A DNA stretch of 64,000 nucleotides from Porphyridium purpureum (Eukaryota). The notes under the pieces were generated by a model. The model did not search any database. It was not told the DNA's origin and was given only the letters and a program-made list of their open reading frames with translations. Location of the stretch: assembly GCA_008690995.1 (NCBI GenBank), contig VRMN01000022.1, positions 1 to 64,000 of the forward strand, given 5' to 3'. Of this stretch, positions 9,102 to 20,555 are shown piece after piece; positions within the stretch are counted from its first letter, which is position 1; each line of letters starts with the position of its first letter. Position numbers and translations under genes: made by a program.

Positions 9102-12100
9102 GTGGGAGGCTTCTACAAGTGTAGGTGCGTTGCTGTGGTTTGGAGAACTGCTGAGTCTGTCGGAGATCCCTCGTGTTCCTTGTGTGTGTTCGGTTTTTAC
9201 GCTGTTATGATGACTCGCAGCAAGAGAAAGCAAGCCCGTACGGCTACACCAAGTACACCTCACGTAGGTTCTGTTCCTGACTCGGCGTTTGCGACCCCGG
9301 CAGTAGCTGGCACGCCGGGGACGGCGGCTGATCCTTCGGTAGCGGAATCACCCAGCGCGGTTCCGCTCGAGAGGATTTCGTCCGACGTCGAATCACCGTC
9401 AGTTGCGACGCTTCGCGTCAGAGCTGACGAAGCTCCCCCAGCCGTTGAGTCCAGCCCAAGTACTTCTTTACCACGCAACGCAGGAAACCCGCCTCGTTTT
9501 GTCGGCGCAACGCCAGGGAGTCCGACGCGATATCGAGACGATTGGCTGTCGCCTGGCACTGCACCAGCAACATACAGGCATGACCCATCGCGTTCTATCG
9601 CGCCTGCTCCCAGCTGGTGGCCTGCCACCATTCAGCTCAGTACGCAAGTGATCCAGGCCCTCGAGCTGGCAGAGGCCGGGCCGACCGACAACATTGAGCG
9701 CATGATGGTTGACGGTATTGTCACGTGCGATTGGCTCATGGAGGCTGATGGACCGGCCGCTGTGTACGCTTGGCAGGACATGTGCAGGAGGCGTCGGCTG
9801 CCGTTCTTTGAAGACGGTACCAACGTGCGGTCGTCTTTTGAAGCTTACGCACGCCACGCAAACTATGCAGTTGGTAGTGCCCAGTGTTTTCAGGGTATGC
9901 CCGTAAGTGGACCAACGGCGTCTGCGCCACTACCTCAACCATCGCAAGTTTCATCGTCAACACCGTCTCCGAGTCTCCCTGTTTCATCACAGAATTCCAA
10001 TCCTCACACGAACAACAACACCATACACCTGCCCTCTTCTCTACCAAACTTCATTAAGTACCTGTCCGAGGACAGGTTCACGGGGGAAGAGGGGGGTATA
10101 GCGTTTGCGAGGTGGAAAAGGAGAGTGATTTTGGCGCAGAGAACATTTGCGCTCAGTGACGAGCTCGTGGCACGCGCACTACCATTGATTGTGGGTGGTC
10201 GAGCAGAATCTATCTTGTTCCGAAGCGCAGAGACGCATCCACGGCTTGCGCAGATGTTGTCGTTGTTGGGAAGCACATTTGCTTCCGAAGCGGCGCTCCA
10301 AGCGCATCGAATTGGCTTGAAACAGTTGGATTTCCACCGTTTCGTCAAGGACTCTGGATCTCTGGTGGCAGCCTTCGACGCCTTAAATCGCACGGCAGAG
10401 GAGCACTGTGCTGCCTTGGGCGACGGCAGGGATGATCCCAATTCGGTGTCTGAGTTTGTGATGGATGCAATGTTTCATTCCCGCTTTGCTCCATCACTAG
10501 TGAGCTTTCAGGACAGAAAGGGCCACAGCGTCGTTCAGAGCGTTCGTGCATTCTTGGCCAACTTGGACCGGACTGATGGACTTCTTATCCCTAGCTTTTC
10601 TGCTCGCAACACGTACTTCAGCGGTGATCAACGTGATGAAAATGACGAGAGCACATACTACACAAGGCGCCTAGTCCGCAATGATCCAAATAGACATGTG
10701 CCGAGAGGTGCAAGTAATCCGGGAGGCAGCGCGGTTCCGAAGCAAAAGGTCGTATGTGATTTTTGTGGGAAAAATGGGCACATGCGAGCTACCTGCTGGA
10801 AATTGCATCCAGAGATGGTCGCCATCGTTGGAGATGTCGAAGCAGGATCGCAGGATGATCGAGACTCCAACAGTGGAGTCGACACAGTTGTTGGTTTGTG
10901 CCTAGATGTTTACTCCATATCGGCAGTATTACCAGCCGTGCTCGATTGGAGTGTGTTCGTTGACTCTGGTGCTGGCCGCTCGGTTGCAGGCTTGAATGCA
11001 TACAAGCGGTATTGCGCAGCCCTCGGGCGCCCCGCAAAGCTCAAGCCGGCGCATGGCGAGGCGGCAGTCCGATGGGGGAGGCTGCTAGAACCTCTAGGCA
11101 TTGGTGTTGTGCGCTTACCTGTTGGGGAAGACCATTTCGTGGAGTTTCGGCCAGTCGTGGTTGATTCAGATGACTTACCGATCTTGTTTGGAGGCAAAGA
11201 CCAAGACAAATTTGGTTTCAACTTGATACGAACGAGCGAACCTCCCTGTCTTTCCTCCCGCGCGTTCAAAGTTCCTCTCTTCCGTCTCCCATCCGGTCAC
11301 CTTGTCATACACTTCGATTCGCCGAATGGAAAACCGCGTACTCTGGATACTATTCTCTACACAGTCGACGAGCTCATGGTGCTGCACAAGAAGTTCGGCC
11401 ACGCGTCAGGTCGTCAAATCCGCAAACTGCTCGATTTATCAAAGGAAGCGGTGGAACCTCGAGTAATGCAAGAGTTCTTGGCAAAGGTCAAGGAATGCGC
11501 TGTATGTCAATGGTACACGGGCCGCCGGTCAACGTACAAGGTCGCGGCAGAGATCAACGCGGATTTTAACCATGTTGTTTTCATGGACTTCGTTTTCCTC
11601 CATGTAAACGGAACAAGGCATAAGGTTCTCCACGCCGTTTGCGGAGGAACGAAATGGAACGCTGCGGGTGTGGTAAAGGACGGATCGGCATCCGGAGTGT
11701 TTAATGTATTCTTCCGAATTTGGATCCAGTTTTTTGGGGCGCCGCATCGGCTGCGCGTGGATAGAGAGAAGGTTTTAGAGGCGCGTGATTTCAAGCTGCT
11801 TTTGGAAAATGAGGGGTGCGTGCTGGATCCGGTTGTAATCGAAGGGCACTGGCAGGTCGGTGTGGTCGAGCGCCATCACGAGTCATTGCGCAAGCTTTGC
11901 ACCCGTGTCTCGCTTGATTCCCCATCTCTGAAGATCGCAGACATTCTCGCCGTATGTTGCCGCGCAATTAACAACACCGTAGGGCCTGAAAACATAATTC
12001 CATCTTTACTCGTATTTGGAACCGTACCCCGTTTGTCTTTGCACGCACGGGTGGCGCAGCATGACTCAGGAGAAACACAAGTTGAACGCATATCCGCTAT

Positions 12101-13931
12101 GCAACTCGCGCGGGAAGAGTGGGCAGCAATCGCATCCCACATCAAACTAAAGGCGGCGCAAAATTCACGCGTGCCCGAATTTCCAAACGAGGAAAATGAA
12201 CTGAGGCCTGGTATTGCAGTGCTAGTGCGACGTGAGCGGTCGAGCGAATGGACCGGAGGCTGGACTGGACCATACGTTGTTGTGTGGGTGGATAAAGAGC
12301 GCGCAGCCGTGGGGGTCGTGCAACCAAGCAGTGTGTCATCCGACCGCGCACGAACCTTGACGTTTTCGATCCACAACATTAAGGTATACCACCCACCAAA
12401 TGCGCTTGCGCCTCTGTCGACCATCTTTGCAATCACAGAAGAACAGGAGTCAAGTGCGTGGGAAGAAGCAGACATGAACGAGATACTCGGTGTTTTGCAG
12501 CGTCAGACGTTGCAGCCTGTTTCCTTTGAGTCAATCCCGCGCGGAGCGAATATCCTAGGAGCGCGGATGGAGAGAGTAACCAAAGCAAACGGCACCAGCA
12601 AATCACGTCTTGTTGTGCAGGGTTTCCGGGACCCAGGCGCCAAAAGCGTGAATGTTGACGCTCCTGTTTTGACGAAGTTTTCATTCCGTTTCCTTGTATC
12701 TGTTGCAGTCCTTCGTGGTTCAAGTCTGTTCTACAGAGATTATTCTCAAGCGTATCTGCAAAGCGAAGAACCTCTCGCACGAGAAGTATACCTTCGACTT
12801 AAGCCAGACGTGCAGCGAATCTTTGCAAAAATAACGAGTTCAAGTTTCCCTGCTTATGCCAAGTTAATCAAGCCGCTGTACGGGCTGACTGAGTCGGGGG
12901 CGTACTGGCACTCAACCATTCGTCATGCGTATGAGGAGCAAGGTTTCTGTGCTGGTGCCTTGGATCCTTGCGTCATGTACCTCACTTCACGCAACAAGAC
13001 GCACGGCGCAGTCGGCATTTTAGTCGACGACACAATATGCGTCGGTGATGAATACTGCCTCGCTGCGGAGCGCAACGTGGCGTCAAGATACGAGAACAAA
13101 GGGGTGATGTCCCCGCCCTTTGTCTTTAATGGATTCGAAGTAGAGAGTGTGGGTTCAGGGGCCTCTTTGAGTCATGCGAAATACGTGAAAGCTCGTCTCG
13201 GGTCGGTGAGTGTCAATGGCTTTGAGGATTTCCGAAAGTTACGGGGGCAGCTCGCTTATCTAGCGAACGGGACCAGACCCGACTTGTTGTGTGCCGTTGC
13301 ACTGGCTTCGCAAGTAACCGAGGAATCGTACACGGAACTGCATGGAAAGCGGCTCGTAAGGCTATGTTCTCGCATTGTCAAGAATCCGGCAAGGCTCATT
13401 TTTGGGCAGCTCGGATATCAAGACTTGTGTCTTCGGGTTTACGCTGACGCATCTTACGCCTCAAATTCGGATTGTACGTCACAAATTGGATTCGTCGTGT
13501 TCTTGGGTGACAAGAGCGACAACGTGCATCTTCTGCATGCGCAATCGAATAAGTCACGACAAGTCGCACACTCTGTGCTCGGAGCCGAGCTCCTGGCTCT
13601 CTGCATCGCCTTCGATTTTGCTGAAGCCGTGCAAACAGAGTACATGAACTGTGGGGTTGACGTACCAATCGTGTTGGCCACAGACAGCAGGCAGGTATTC
13701 GACGCCATCACTCGAAGCTCGACGTTGGCAGAAAAGCGGCAACTAGTTCGCATGTTGGTTCTTCGGCAAGGACTTCAGGACATGCGCATCTCACGCGTCC
13801 TGCATGTCCCTGGCAGACTCAATGTCGCAGACGCTTTGACAAAAGAACGCGAATGCACCTTATGGGAGCACGTGTTGCAGGAAGGAACGCTCCCATGGGA
13901 CTTCTCTGCATCAGTGTATCTGGTCGAATAG
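9102..13931 (+). CDS. Copia gag-pol polyprotein (gag, zinc knuckle, PR, IN, RT, RNase H)
   Basis: CDFCGKNGHMRATC knuckle, protease VDSGA, LHKKFGHAS..CAVC integrase HHCC, integrase core, RT KSRLVVQGF / KPLYGL / ILVDD, RNase H YADAS..NVADALTK. Integrase precedes RT. The true start may be the ATG near 9207-9210. Confidence 0.95.
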   Translation: MGGFYKCRCVAVVWRTAESVGDPSCSLCVFGFYAVMMTRSKRKQARTATPSTPHVGSVPDSAFATPAVAGTPGTAADPSVAESPSAVPLERISSDVESPSVATLRVRADEAPPAVESSPSTSLPRNAGNPPRFVGATPGSPTRYRDDWLSPGTAPATYRHDPSRSIAPAPSWWPATIQLSTQVIQALELAEAGPTDNIERMMVDGIVTCDWLMEADGPAAVYAWQDMCRRRRLPFFEDGTNVRSSFEAYARHANYAVGSAQCFQGMPVSGPTASAPLPQPSQVSSSTPSPSLPVSSQNSNPHTNNNTIHLPSSLPNFIKYLSEDRFTGEEGGIAFARWKRRVILAQRTFALSDELVARALPLIVGGRAESILFRSAETHPRLAQMLSLLGSTFASEAALQAHRIGLKQLDFHRFVKDSGSLVAAFDALNRTAEEHCAALGDGRDDPNSVSEFVMDAMFHSRFAPSLVSFQDRKGHSVVQSVRAFLANLDRTDGLLIPSFSARNTYFSGDQRDENDESTYYTRRLVRNDPNRHVPRGASNPGGSAVPKQKVVCDFCGKNGHMRATCWKLHPEMVAIVGDVEAGSQDDRDSNSGVDTVVGLCLDVYSISAVLPAVLDWSVFVDSGAGRSVAGLNAYKRYCAALGRPAKLKPAHGEAAVRWGRLLEPLGIGVVRLPVGEDHFVEFRPVVVDSDDLPILFGGKDQDKFGFNLIRTSEPPCLSSRAFKVPLFRLPSGHLVIHFDSPNGKPRTLDTILYTVDELMVLHKKFGHASGRQIRKLLDLSKEAVEPRVMQEFLAKVKECAVCQWYTGRRSTYKVAAEINADFNHVVFMDFVFLHVNGTRHKVLHAVCGGTKWNAAGVVKDGSASGVFNVFFRIWIQFFGAPHRLRVDREKVLEARDFKLLLENEGCVLDPVVIEGHWQVGVVERHHESLRKLCTRVSLDSPSLKIADILAVCCRAINNTVGPENIIPSLLVFGTVPRLSLHARVAQHDSGETQVERISAMQLAREEWAAIASHIKLKAAQNSRVPEFPNEENELRPGIAVLVRRERSSEWTGGWTGPYVVVWVDKERAAVGVVQPSSVSSDRARTLTFSIHNIKVYHPPNALAPLSTIFAITEEQESSAWEEADMNEILGVLQRQTLQPVSFESIPRGANILGARMERVTKANGTSKSRLVVQGFRDPGAKSVNVDAPVLTKFSFRFLVSVAVLRGSSLFYRDYSQAYLQSEEPLAREVYLRLKPDVQRIFAKITSSSFPAYAKLIKPLYGLTESGAYWHSTIRHAYEEQGFCAGALDPCVMYLTSRNKTHGAVGILVDDTICVGDEYCLAAERNVASRYENKGVMSPPFVFNGFEVESVGSGASLSHAKYVKARLGSVSVNGFEDFRKLRGQLAYLANGTRPDLLCAVALASQVTEESYTELHGKRLVRLCSRIVKNPARLIFGQLGYQDLCLRVYADASYASNSDCTSQIGFVVFLGDKSDNVHLLHAQSNKSRQVAHSVLGAELLALCIAFDFAEAVQTEYMNCGVDVPIVLATDSRQVFDAITRSSTLAEKRQLVRMLVLRQGLQDMRISRVLHVPGRLNVADALTKERECTLWEHVLQEGTLPWDFSASVYLVE

Positions 13932-14047
13932 TCGCATGTGAGTTGTTTTTTTTTGTCTACCTCCTGTGAACATGCTCCTTCAACATGCTTCGTGCACGCG
14001 TTGGTGGGGAGGCGCAAGAAAAAACAGAAAAGGAAAGACAGAGTGAA

Positions 14048-14367
14048 TGTCATGATTTTCCAGTCATAATCTTGTCTACCCGACAGGATCAGTTTGAATG
14101 GTTCATTCTCGCCTATATAGCATAGGCGTCGTATTTGTCTTCGGAGGTCAAAGTGTCGGACGAGGCAAGGAGATAGATAAGACTTTTATTGCGTGGAGAT
14201 AAACACCTTTTGCAAAGTACAAGGTGAGCGCCTGAGGGTAATAACATACCGCTCCGTGCTCGTGCTTGCGCACGCCCGTGGCTAGACAGCTGGCGGACGT
14301 GTTACCGATTTGTCTCAGCGCACTCTGAAGAACTCCTTCCGGGACGCAACCCGTGATTTTTGCGACA
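14048..14367 (+). repeat. Copia 3' LTR
   Basis: Direct repeat of 8720-9039, followed by TSD GTCAA. Confidence 0.95.
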
Positions 14368-14854
14368 GTCAAAAGGCCAAAATATGATCGGATCCAGTGG
14401 ATCTCTTGTGCTCGACTCATAAGACGCGCACCTGTGCGGCGAGAGACGATTTTACTGCTTGTCCTACATATTCGTGCGACAACGTCCTGGTGCTCTGTAG
14501 TCAAAGCGTTCAGAGCCGCTGTCAACACACTCACCGCGACCACATCGATGCTTTCCTGTAGAACAAGGTCATCGCAGCGCATGTGCGAACAGGCTAATGT
14601 GCTTCGTCTCGCACAACAAGCTTGGCCTTCCAGACTCGTCGAGGTCTCGCTTCAGTGCAAGTGCGTCACAATCAAAGGACGCCAGTAGATGAGGAACACA
14701 AGCAGGACTCTGTCCTGCAAACACGCATGTGCGTGACAGCAGATGGGCCACATCCGCTAATCGGATGTCGAAACAAAACGGCAGACTTCGGTCTGGACAT
14801 CCCTTCGATCTTCACATTTGCGATAAACACGCGAAAGTGGTCGCGTCTTTACAT

Positions 14855-17245
14855 TCATTTCGCCTTCAACAAACACTGATAGCCTAGTTCTTTCAACCTA
14901 TTTTGCGCGTCTGTGTTTCCCTGCTCCGCGGCCTTGCTGTACCACTTGACCGCCGCGCAGCTGTCCTGCGGCAGCCCACCCTTCCCGTCCTCGTAACAAG
15001 CGCCCAACTTGTACTGCGAGTCTGTGTGTCCCCGTTCCGCGGCCTTGGTGTACCACTCGACCGCCACCTACCTGTCTACAGGCAGCTCATCCCGCCCCTC
15101 CTCGTAAAAATAGCCCATTTTGTACTGCGCGTCTGCGTGTCCCTGTTCCACGGCTTTGCGGAACCACGCGACCGCTGCGCTACTGTCCTGGCGCAGGCCG
15201 CCCAATCCCTTGATACAAAAGCAGCCCAGCCGACACTGCGCGCAGGCGTCTCCCTTTTCCACCGCCTTGCGGTACCACACCAGCGCTTCCGCAAAATCCT
15301 CGTTGTCCTCGGCAGTCCGACCACGTTTCTGCCAGTCTGCAGCGTCGCAGCGCGCTTCCTCGGCGGCGGCGGCCTCTTCTTCGCGCCGCCGCGCCTTAGA
15401 AAGTTCTACTTCGGGTTGTGCGGGAAGATCTCGCGCTTCTTGCTCGACATCAGCACGCTCATCCGCGGCTGGTTGAATTATGGCGTTTGCTGACTCACCA
15501 GATAGAACCGTGACCTGTGAAATATTTCCTGCCAACGCATCGACCGCTGCTGTACTGGGGCCGGATGGGAACGCGGTATACTGGGCGGTCTGTGACTTTG
15601 GAGCCGCAGTGGCGCTCTCCGCACCCATGCGGTCATAAAACTCCCACCAGATATCCGATACTGTCGGGCGCTCCTCGGGCGTCGTCCGCAGACACGCCCT
15701 TGCTATATTCACAACCCAGGCCGGCCACTGTTTTGCGTACTCCGACCTGTTTAGTCTGTCCCACAGCACACCCGCTTTCGGATCTTCGAAAATCCTTAAA
15801 ATCTCGATTTCCGAGATTCAGGTCCCATACACCTTCTCGCCGAGCAACATTTCAAACAACATGACGCCGTACGACCAGACGTCACTGGCGCGGCTGTACT
15901 GGATACCACCGAGCACTTCTGGAGCCAAGTGACCACAAGTGCCAACAGACGCGTCCGTGCGCGAAAAGAACTTTCCACACCAGACAGTCCGAAATCGCCA
16001 ATCTTGGGTGTCAAGTCCTCCAGGAGAAGAACATTCTGTGGTTTCATATTGCAATGGATGATATTATTTCCATGCAAATACTTCAACCCGTCTACAATGG
16101 ATCGAAAAATCGTGAGCAGCTGTTCAGGCGATCGTAATTCCTTTCCGCTGTCGAGAAACATGTGCATTTCCAACGAGCCCTTCGCAGCGTACTCGAGCAC
16201 AAAAAGGGCATTCAGCGTTATGCATATCCATCTGCGTCCGCGGGTAAAACCCGCCACGCGTCTGCACAATGTTTTCATGTGAAAGCCTCCATATGATCCC
16301 CGGCTCGTTTCTTAGCTCAGCCAGCGCTTTGATCCCTGCCAACTTTATCTCCTTGATTGCTACTTCAAGTCCCATGAACATGCCCTTGAAAACGTTCCCG
16401 AAGCCAACGGCGCCGAGAGGAGATAGTATGATCCTCTCGCCATTCACATTCGTAAGCTTCTCAGCAATTGCCGCCTCAACATACCAAGGTTCACTCTGAT
16501 CAAGCACCTTTGAATCAAGCCCCGAATCCGCCGCTTTCAAGTATGACTCGGTGACTTTCACTTCCAGGCCGTGCATACTGAGCACAGCACTTCTCTCCGG
16601 ACAGGATCCAAGCTCGTTCTCCAATGTTTTTGTGTTGCTTAGCCCGTCGTCTTCGAGAGCGCGAACCATCTCGTCAGGGCCGGTTTCCAACCTGCGCAGA
16701 ACGGCTTCCAATTCACCAATCACAACTTGGTGATCCCGGTTCTCTTGTCCACGATTTTGCGCTTGCTCGGACGTCAAATGGAATACGAAACTACGCGCCA
16801 ATCGCAACTCGAGCTCGACAAGGCGTGCGTCGCACGTCAGGAACTCACCCTGAAAGTTTTTTGCCTTCAATACGCGTATCGCGTGTTCGATCCCCTTCTC
16901 TGAACCGGAGAATCGCTTCAAAAGGGCGCACGCGGACTGCACTTTAGACTCTAGCTCGCTCATGCATTCGACCAAGCTCGTGTCTTTCATATCACACGCG
17001 CCGGTCGTGCAGTTTTCGTCATTCGTGTCAAAACACGAACGGAGGGTGTTCGAGATGCTCGAGACCCGCTCCGCTAGCCTTGTGCACGAATTGCCATATG
17101 CCTTCGCGGTCAGCGCACACTCTACCAGAACGTTGGTCAACGCGAAAATGGTCTGTGCAAACGGAATCAGTTCCCCGACGTCACCGGCCACGGCGCCACC
17201 TAATTTGAGGCCGTTCGCCGCCTCGGTTCCAATGACAGTTGCCAT
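14855..17245 (-). pseudogene. Disrupted gene: MLKL-like N-terminal helical domain, TKL-type kinase, SEL1 repeats
   Basis: N-terminus IPFAQTIFAL..AKAYGNSCTRLAERV. Kinase GAVGFGNVFKG, VAIKEI, LEYAAKGSL, IHCNMKPQN, IGDFG, APE, DVWSYG. Three to four SEL1 repeats (WYRKAVEKGDACAQCRLG; WFRKAVEQGHADAQYKMG; WYTKAAERGHTDSQYKLG). Frameshifts near 16200, 15980 and 15800, and an in-frame TAG at 15068-15070. Confidence 0.85.
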
Positions 17246-20200
17246 GTTTCATTCCCGTGACTGCTCGCTCCGCAAAATCTCGAGTGACAACCGCGCACTG
17301 TGCCACGACGCACTTACGCACAACCCTCTGCAAGCACGCAACAAAGACAATCCGCGCGGCAATGAGCAACTGTCTGGACGGCAGCCGACTCCCAGTGGTC
17401 ACCCGCACACGCGCCTCTACCCCTCCCGCTCGGCTTTGCTCTCTCCCCGACAGCAGCTCCGACCGGAAAAGGCCAGCTCTTCAACCAGATGTAGCAAGTC
17501 ACACATGCTTGTTGCATGACGCACAACGCACGCAGCGCAGCATCGCGCAAACACACCATCTGTGCCGACGAACACATCACAAAACGCCAGCGATTTGTCA
17601 AAGCACAAGGGCGCTGTGCCCAAAGCACACTTCCGGCGCGCGCCGCACCGGTTTATGCGGGCTGCTCATTCTCGGTTTACGCCTGGAAGAAGATCCCCGC
17701 ATTCCCGCATCTTCTCCTCATCGAAAAGACGTGCCGCGCGCGCGTTATGCGCGACGTGCGTCCACGCCAGCGTGTCGCTTTGGCGCTCGCGCAGACGCGC
17801 CGCGAGCGTTCGTGATTTGATTTATTACTCAGCCGCGGCGCTTTACTAGAAAGGCCAGCCGCCTTGACGCACACGCGCATCGCGAGACACGCGGTGTTTC
17901 ATATCAACGCGGCACGGATTCGCGATTTTCACGAGTGGTGAGGTACAGCCGCGAACACTGGCGGCCACCATGAACAGAACCTCCAACTCTTTGTGTTCAA
18001 GTTTACAATGTCATACGTAAAAGGCAGTATTTTAGTATGAAAAGCGTTGACAAGGCGAAAGTCACGGTCGGAAAGGGACCGAAGTGCGCGTCGGACAGGA
18101 TACGACCCGGCCAACGTTGCGGGTGCGATGACGCAGCAAGGCGAAGGCGACATCGACTTGCACTGCCTCGCGCGTGTGCAACACGGCATCGCACACATTC
18201 CCGCACGCAATCCTGCGCAGACAAATGTAGTATGTTGATGGTAGCCAGCTCGACGGTGCTCCACGCAGCAAAAGTAAAGCTCTACAGCGCAGCCAAGCGT
18301 ACATGCTGCCTTTTGTCCCCAAGTATCTTACATTCTGCATAATCCAGACAATCTTGACCAAACTAAAGTTTGATAATCATGCAAGCCACGCCAACATGTG
18401 CGCGTATCCGCTTCGAAAATGTTACTTGCTTTTAAATTGTGTGTGCTTGATTAATACAAGCCTTGGAAATCATTGTTGCCGGTCACCCGACTGAAAAACC
18501 AACAGCTATGGGTGCTGAGTACACGCTCAATCAGGATGCATCACTTCTGAACTGCGGCTCACTACTTACCCCGTAGGTCAGCCCTCTGCGGCTCATTCCG
18601 TTCGCTACGCGACGGCACTCGCCTAAATACGAGTGCGTCGTGACAGAAATCTTCTCCACTTTGCCCTTGCAGCCCTCTTCTCCCTTAAAGGGAGTCCCAA
18701 TAACTAGAAACATATCAAGTTGGCAAAGAACAAGCATCTGGATTCTACGATACGGAAGCAGCTAAAATGATACCGAAAGTGGTGAGTCGAGGAACTGATA
18801 GAATGCGAGAGCAAGCTTTCTCATGAAGGAAGCGGTTCAAAATGCCGCTGTGAATAGAATAAGTCGTCAACAATCCAGGCATTAACAGTGCAGTTTGCGA
18901 AGATAGTGGTATAAAGGGAATGGAGATTGGGCGGATAGCGCCCGGCACCCTTGCCTGGTCTCGTTGCAAGGCTAGAGTAAAAGAAGGTGTGGAAAATACA
19001 ACAAGATAAAGAAAACTGTTTCGCTCTAGCCGACCCAGTCTTTAGTACCTCATTGACAAAACTCGTCCTGACTCGCTCAAGATCATGGCAGAACCGGCGT
19101 CTGCATTGGCCGCAGCCTCCAAGGATTAGAGCCCGCCCTCAGAATCTTTGCAAGTCCCTTGGGAGGCATTATCACAGAAAGCACACGTAGCGGATGGCCA
19201 GACACCAAAAAAACTAAACATCAACCGCACCTACAAAGTAGCATGTAAAACAGTTGAAGCCAGGGACCCTGCGCGGGCACCTGTCCGCTGCTGCGGGCGC
19301 GGCTTCATTTCTTTTTAGTAGAGCAAAATTCGCTCTTCTGGTGTTGAAGGAGGAGTTGACTAGAAGGTAGCTGAGTCCTAATTCCGGCTTCTCGGGGACA
19401 GATTTCTGAAAGCAACTCTCGTATATCTTTAAAGCTCCTTGCTTTTTAAAATGTCTAGGCCATCTCCAAAAACTAGTCGAAAGGCTCGCCCTTTTATACC
19501 CGCCGCTGCTCAGCTTGTGTCCGCTCCAGCGATGCTCCCATTCTGCGGCGCTATTCCGCGAAGCCGCGCTGCCCGTTACAGTGTGCCGGCCAGGTGTTCC
19601 CAAAAGGTCGTCAGTACTACAGGCCTGTTACGAGTGCTACTCCGGCGCTTGCAAGGGATAATTGAAACGGTAACAATTCTTGTCGCGACTCCTGCTTGGA
19701 ACTTGGTGTCGCGGTGACGGTTTCAAATAGAACACAACAGCGCAGGGGCGACGACAGCCGGAGGTGAGGAAAATCCCACGCAGTAACCCTCTACTGTTGC
19801 CCTCCGCGTCGGTACATACAGCACCGGTTTGGACAGGGGCAGCGTGCCGTAATGGACTGAGCCACCCGATGCCGAGGCTACCTTCCAATTCGCACAGTTC
19901 TTGACCAGTTTTGCTGTGAAGTGGAAGTCAAGATAACTGGTTGTAATCTATAAAGCATGATCGACTTGTCCCATATCGCAGCTATCATTTCAGGGACCAA
20001 CGGTGGCCTTATCGTGCGTCTCGCGCGCGTCAAGCTTGAGGTGGAAAGATGAGCGGCCAGCGGCTTTCGATATACGGGCCATTTGTTTGCGTCTCTCGTC
20101 GCGCAAACATTCCTGTTTCTTTACCGACCCGGCTACGCCATCAGCATAGAGATGCTCTTTACTCAATCATCTCCACCTTTCTCCGTGACTTATCGCTGCT

Positions 20201-20555
20201 CTACGGGCAAGGCCCTGAGGGCATCTTGTTCTCTACGCGAAAATCCTCTACGAGCCTTAATTTGACAGACAGACACGGGCACGCCACGCGTCTCGAACAT
20301 ATGCACGCGCGACGCGCCGGCCCGGTCCGGAACTAATTTGCAGCACCGCACACACGCTTCTGCTTCTTTTGAGCTTCCACCGTGCGTGTCTTTCCCTTTT
20401 CTTCTAACGCATGCCTGCGCACCGCTTGTTCACCCGCATCGCGCTGGGTCAACTTGAACAGCCGGGACGAGCGCGGGTCAAGCGCTTGTGGGACGGGCAG
20501 GAGTTGGGATTGGGTTGGCTGTCGAAGCGTCGTGGTGGTGTTTGTGGGGTATGGA

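Larger units (their letters stand above)
8720..14367 (+). mobile_element. Full-length Ty1/Copia LTR retrotransposon
   Basis: 320-bp LTRs (TGTCATGA...GCGACA) at 8720-9039 and 14048-14367, 5-bp TSD GTCAA (8715-8719 and 14368-14372), purine-rich tract before the 3' LTR, single gag-pol ORF. Confidence 0.97.

Noticed and set aside
17300..20380. Short ORFs and LTR-like signals (TTTTATACCC near 19490)
   Set aside because: No paired termini, TSD or recognisable domain; possibly old TE debris.
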